This document shows positions 62,749-64,000 of a stretch of 64,000 bases of DNA, piece by piece. Origin of the DNA: an uncultured Actinomycetes bacterium (GTDB lineage: Bacteria; Actinomycetota; Thermoleophilia; UBA2241). Location of the stretch: positions 45,108-109,107 of the forward strand of contig CAVYCN010000011.1 in NCBI GenBank assembly GCA_963767005.1, written 5' to 3'. The notes under the pieces were generated by a model. The model did no database searches and was not told where the DNA came from. It worked only from the letters and a program-made list of their open reading frames with translations. The translations under genes were made by a program, and so were the position numbers. Each line of letters starts with the position of its first letter. Within the stretch, counting starts at the first letter, position 1.

Positions 62749-63903
62749 CTACGTGCCGGCCGCAAGGGCAGCGAGGTAGCGGTCGTAGGCGAACACCCTG
62801 TTGCGCTGCCGTCCGGTCACCTCCGAGGCGATTCCCAGATTCCCGAGCTCGTCCATCGCGGTCGACGCGGCGGGGAACGACAGCCCCGAGCGGGCGACTA
62901 CGTCGGAGAGGGTGGTGAGCGGGCGAACGGCGAGCGCCTCATGCACCCGCAGCAGCGAGCCCGCTCGACGACCCGCAGCCGAGAGCCGCCGCCGATCATC
63001 GTCGATCAGCTGCGAGAGGCCGGTGGCGGTCGCCACGGCGCCCTCGGCGGTCTCGGCGACCCCTTCGAGGAAGTAGCCGAGCCACGCCTCCCAGTCGCCG
63101 TCGATCCGCGCCTGGTCGAGCAGGCGGTAGTACTCGTCGCGATGCTCCTTGAAGTACAGGCTCAGATACAGCAGCGGCTCGCCGAGCATGCCGTAGTCGC
63201 ACAGCAGGAGCGTGATCAGCAGGCGACCGATGCGGCCGTTGCCGTCGAGGAATGGGTGGATCGTCTCGAACTGGCTGTGGACGAGGCCGACCTTGACGAG
63301 CCTCGGAAGGTGGCCCGAGTCGTCGTGCACGAACTTCTCGAGCTGGGCGATGCACGCCCCGACCTCGGTGTGGGGCGGCGGCACGAAGTGGGCGTTGCCC
63401 GGGCGCGTGCCGCCGATCCAGTTCTGAGAGCGCCGGAACTCACCCGGCTGCTTGCTGCTGCCGCGCCCCCGCTCGAGCAGCCTGGCGTGCATCTCACGGA
63501 TCAGGCGAGCGGAGATCGGAAAGCCTTCGCGCAGGCGCGCAAGGCCATGCTCAAGCGCCGCAACGTACCCGCTGACCTCGGCGACGTCGTCGAGCGGAAC
63601 CCCGGGTGCCTCGTCGAGCTCGAACAGCAGCAGGTCCGACAGCGACGACTGCGTGCCCTCGATCTGCGACGAAAGCACCGCTTCCTTGCGCACGTAGGAG
63701 TACAGGAACAGTCGCGTGTCGGGCAGCAGTTCGGCCTTGCTGTCGAGCCTGCCGAGCGCGACGGCGGCTCGCTCCAGCTGCCTCTGCAGCGCCCCTGAGA
63801 GGTCGACAGGCGGGTCGGGCGGCAGCGGGTCGGGAACAAAGGCCTCGACGCGTTCGCCGCTCGTGGTGTTGACCTCGTAGTGGCCCGCTGGTCCGCGCTT
63901 CAT
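62749..63903 (-). CDS. Fic-family protein with C-terminal HTH
   Basis: [34 protein letters not shown]. Confidence 0.93.
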   Translation of the reverse strand: MKRGPAGHYEVNTTSGERVEAFVPDPLPPDPPVDLSGALQRQLERAAVALGRLDSKAELLPDTRLFLYSYVRKEAVLSSQIEGTQSSLSDLLLFELDEAPGVPLDDVAEVSGYVAALEHGLARLREGFPISARLIREMHARLLERGRGSSKQPGEFRRSQNWIGGTRPGNAHFVPPPHTEVGACIAQLEKFVHDDSGHLPRLVKVGLVHSQFETIHPFLDGNGRIGRLLITLLLCDYGMLGEPLLYLSLYFKEHRDEYYRLLDQARIDGDWEAWLGYFLEGVAETAEGAVATATGLSQLIDDDRRRLSAAGRRAGSLLRVHEALAVRPLTTLSDVVARSGLSFPAASTAMDELGNLGIASEVTGRQRNRVFAYDRYLAALAAGT

Positions 63904-63928
63904 CGTCGCCCCCGCCTTGTTCAGCGAA

Positions 63929-63955
63929 TCTGAATAGCGACCGGCGCTATTCAGA
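63929..63955. promoter_or_regulatory. 11-bp perfect inverted repeat upstream of fic (candidate operator)
   Basis: TCTGAATAGCG-ACCGG-CGCTATTCAGA, 25 nt before the ATG. Confidence 0.55.
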
Positions 63956-64000
63956 CTTCAGCACAAACATTAAACAATGGCCCTTCCGGGAGCAAGGCCT

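Overview
Very GC-rich bacterial DNA, most consistent with an anaerobic or facultative Actinomycetota member (Thermoleophilia-like; inferred from gene content and composition, not from a marker gene). About 52 intact genes. The standout is a methylamine-utilisation locus at 29.7-36.6 kb. Two genes that the ORF track splits are each one gene with an in-frame TAG at the known pyrrolysine position: a trimethylamine methyltransferase mttB (32771-31302, TAG 31790-31788) and a dimethylamine methyltransferase mtbB (36511-35114, TAG 35479-35477). They sit with a non-Pyl MttB paralogue, an APC permease and a TetR regulator. The same 22-bp operator-like sequence lies at both sigma70-type promoters. About 20 other genes here end in TAG, so amber must be read two ways. 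No pylTSBCD or corrinoid-protein genes are visible in the window. Other blocks: (1) 0.2-20.6 kb, a catabolic island (peptide-type ABC transporter, MetE-like half enzyme, IorAB, PaaK-like ligase, three aminotransferases, amide hydrolase, APC permease, GAF kinase/NarL pair). (2) 20.9-29.6 kb, mixed genes including a type IV pilin, a macro-domain gene without a canonical start, an HpsN/HisD-like dehydrogenase and a beta-helix lipoprotein. (3) 38-44.6 kb, an OmpR-type two-component pair with a frameshifted kinase, plus oxidoreductases and an MFS transporter. (4) 44.9-58.4 kb, an uncharacterised sugar uptake and catabolism cluster. (5) 58.7-64 kb, the edge of a defence island (low-GC membrane gene, truncated small gene, hsdR, Fic). 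No rRNA, tRNA or CRISPR array was found.
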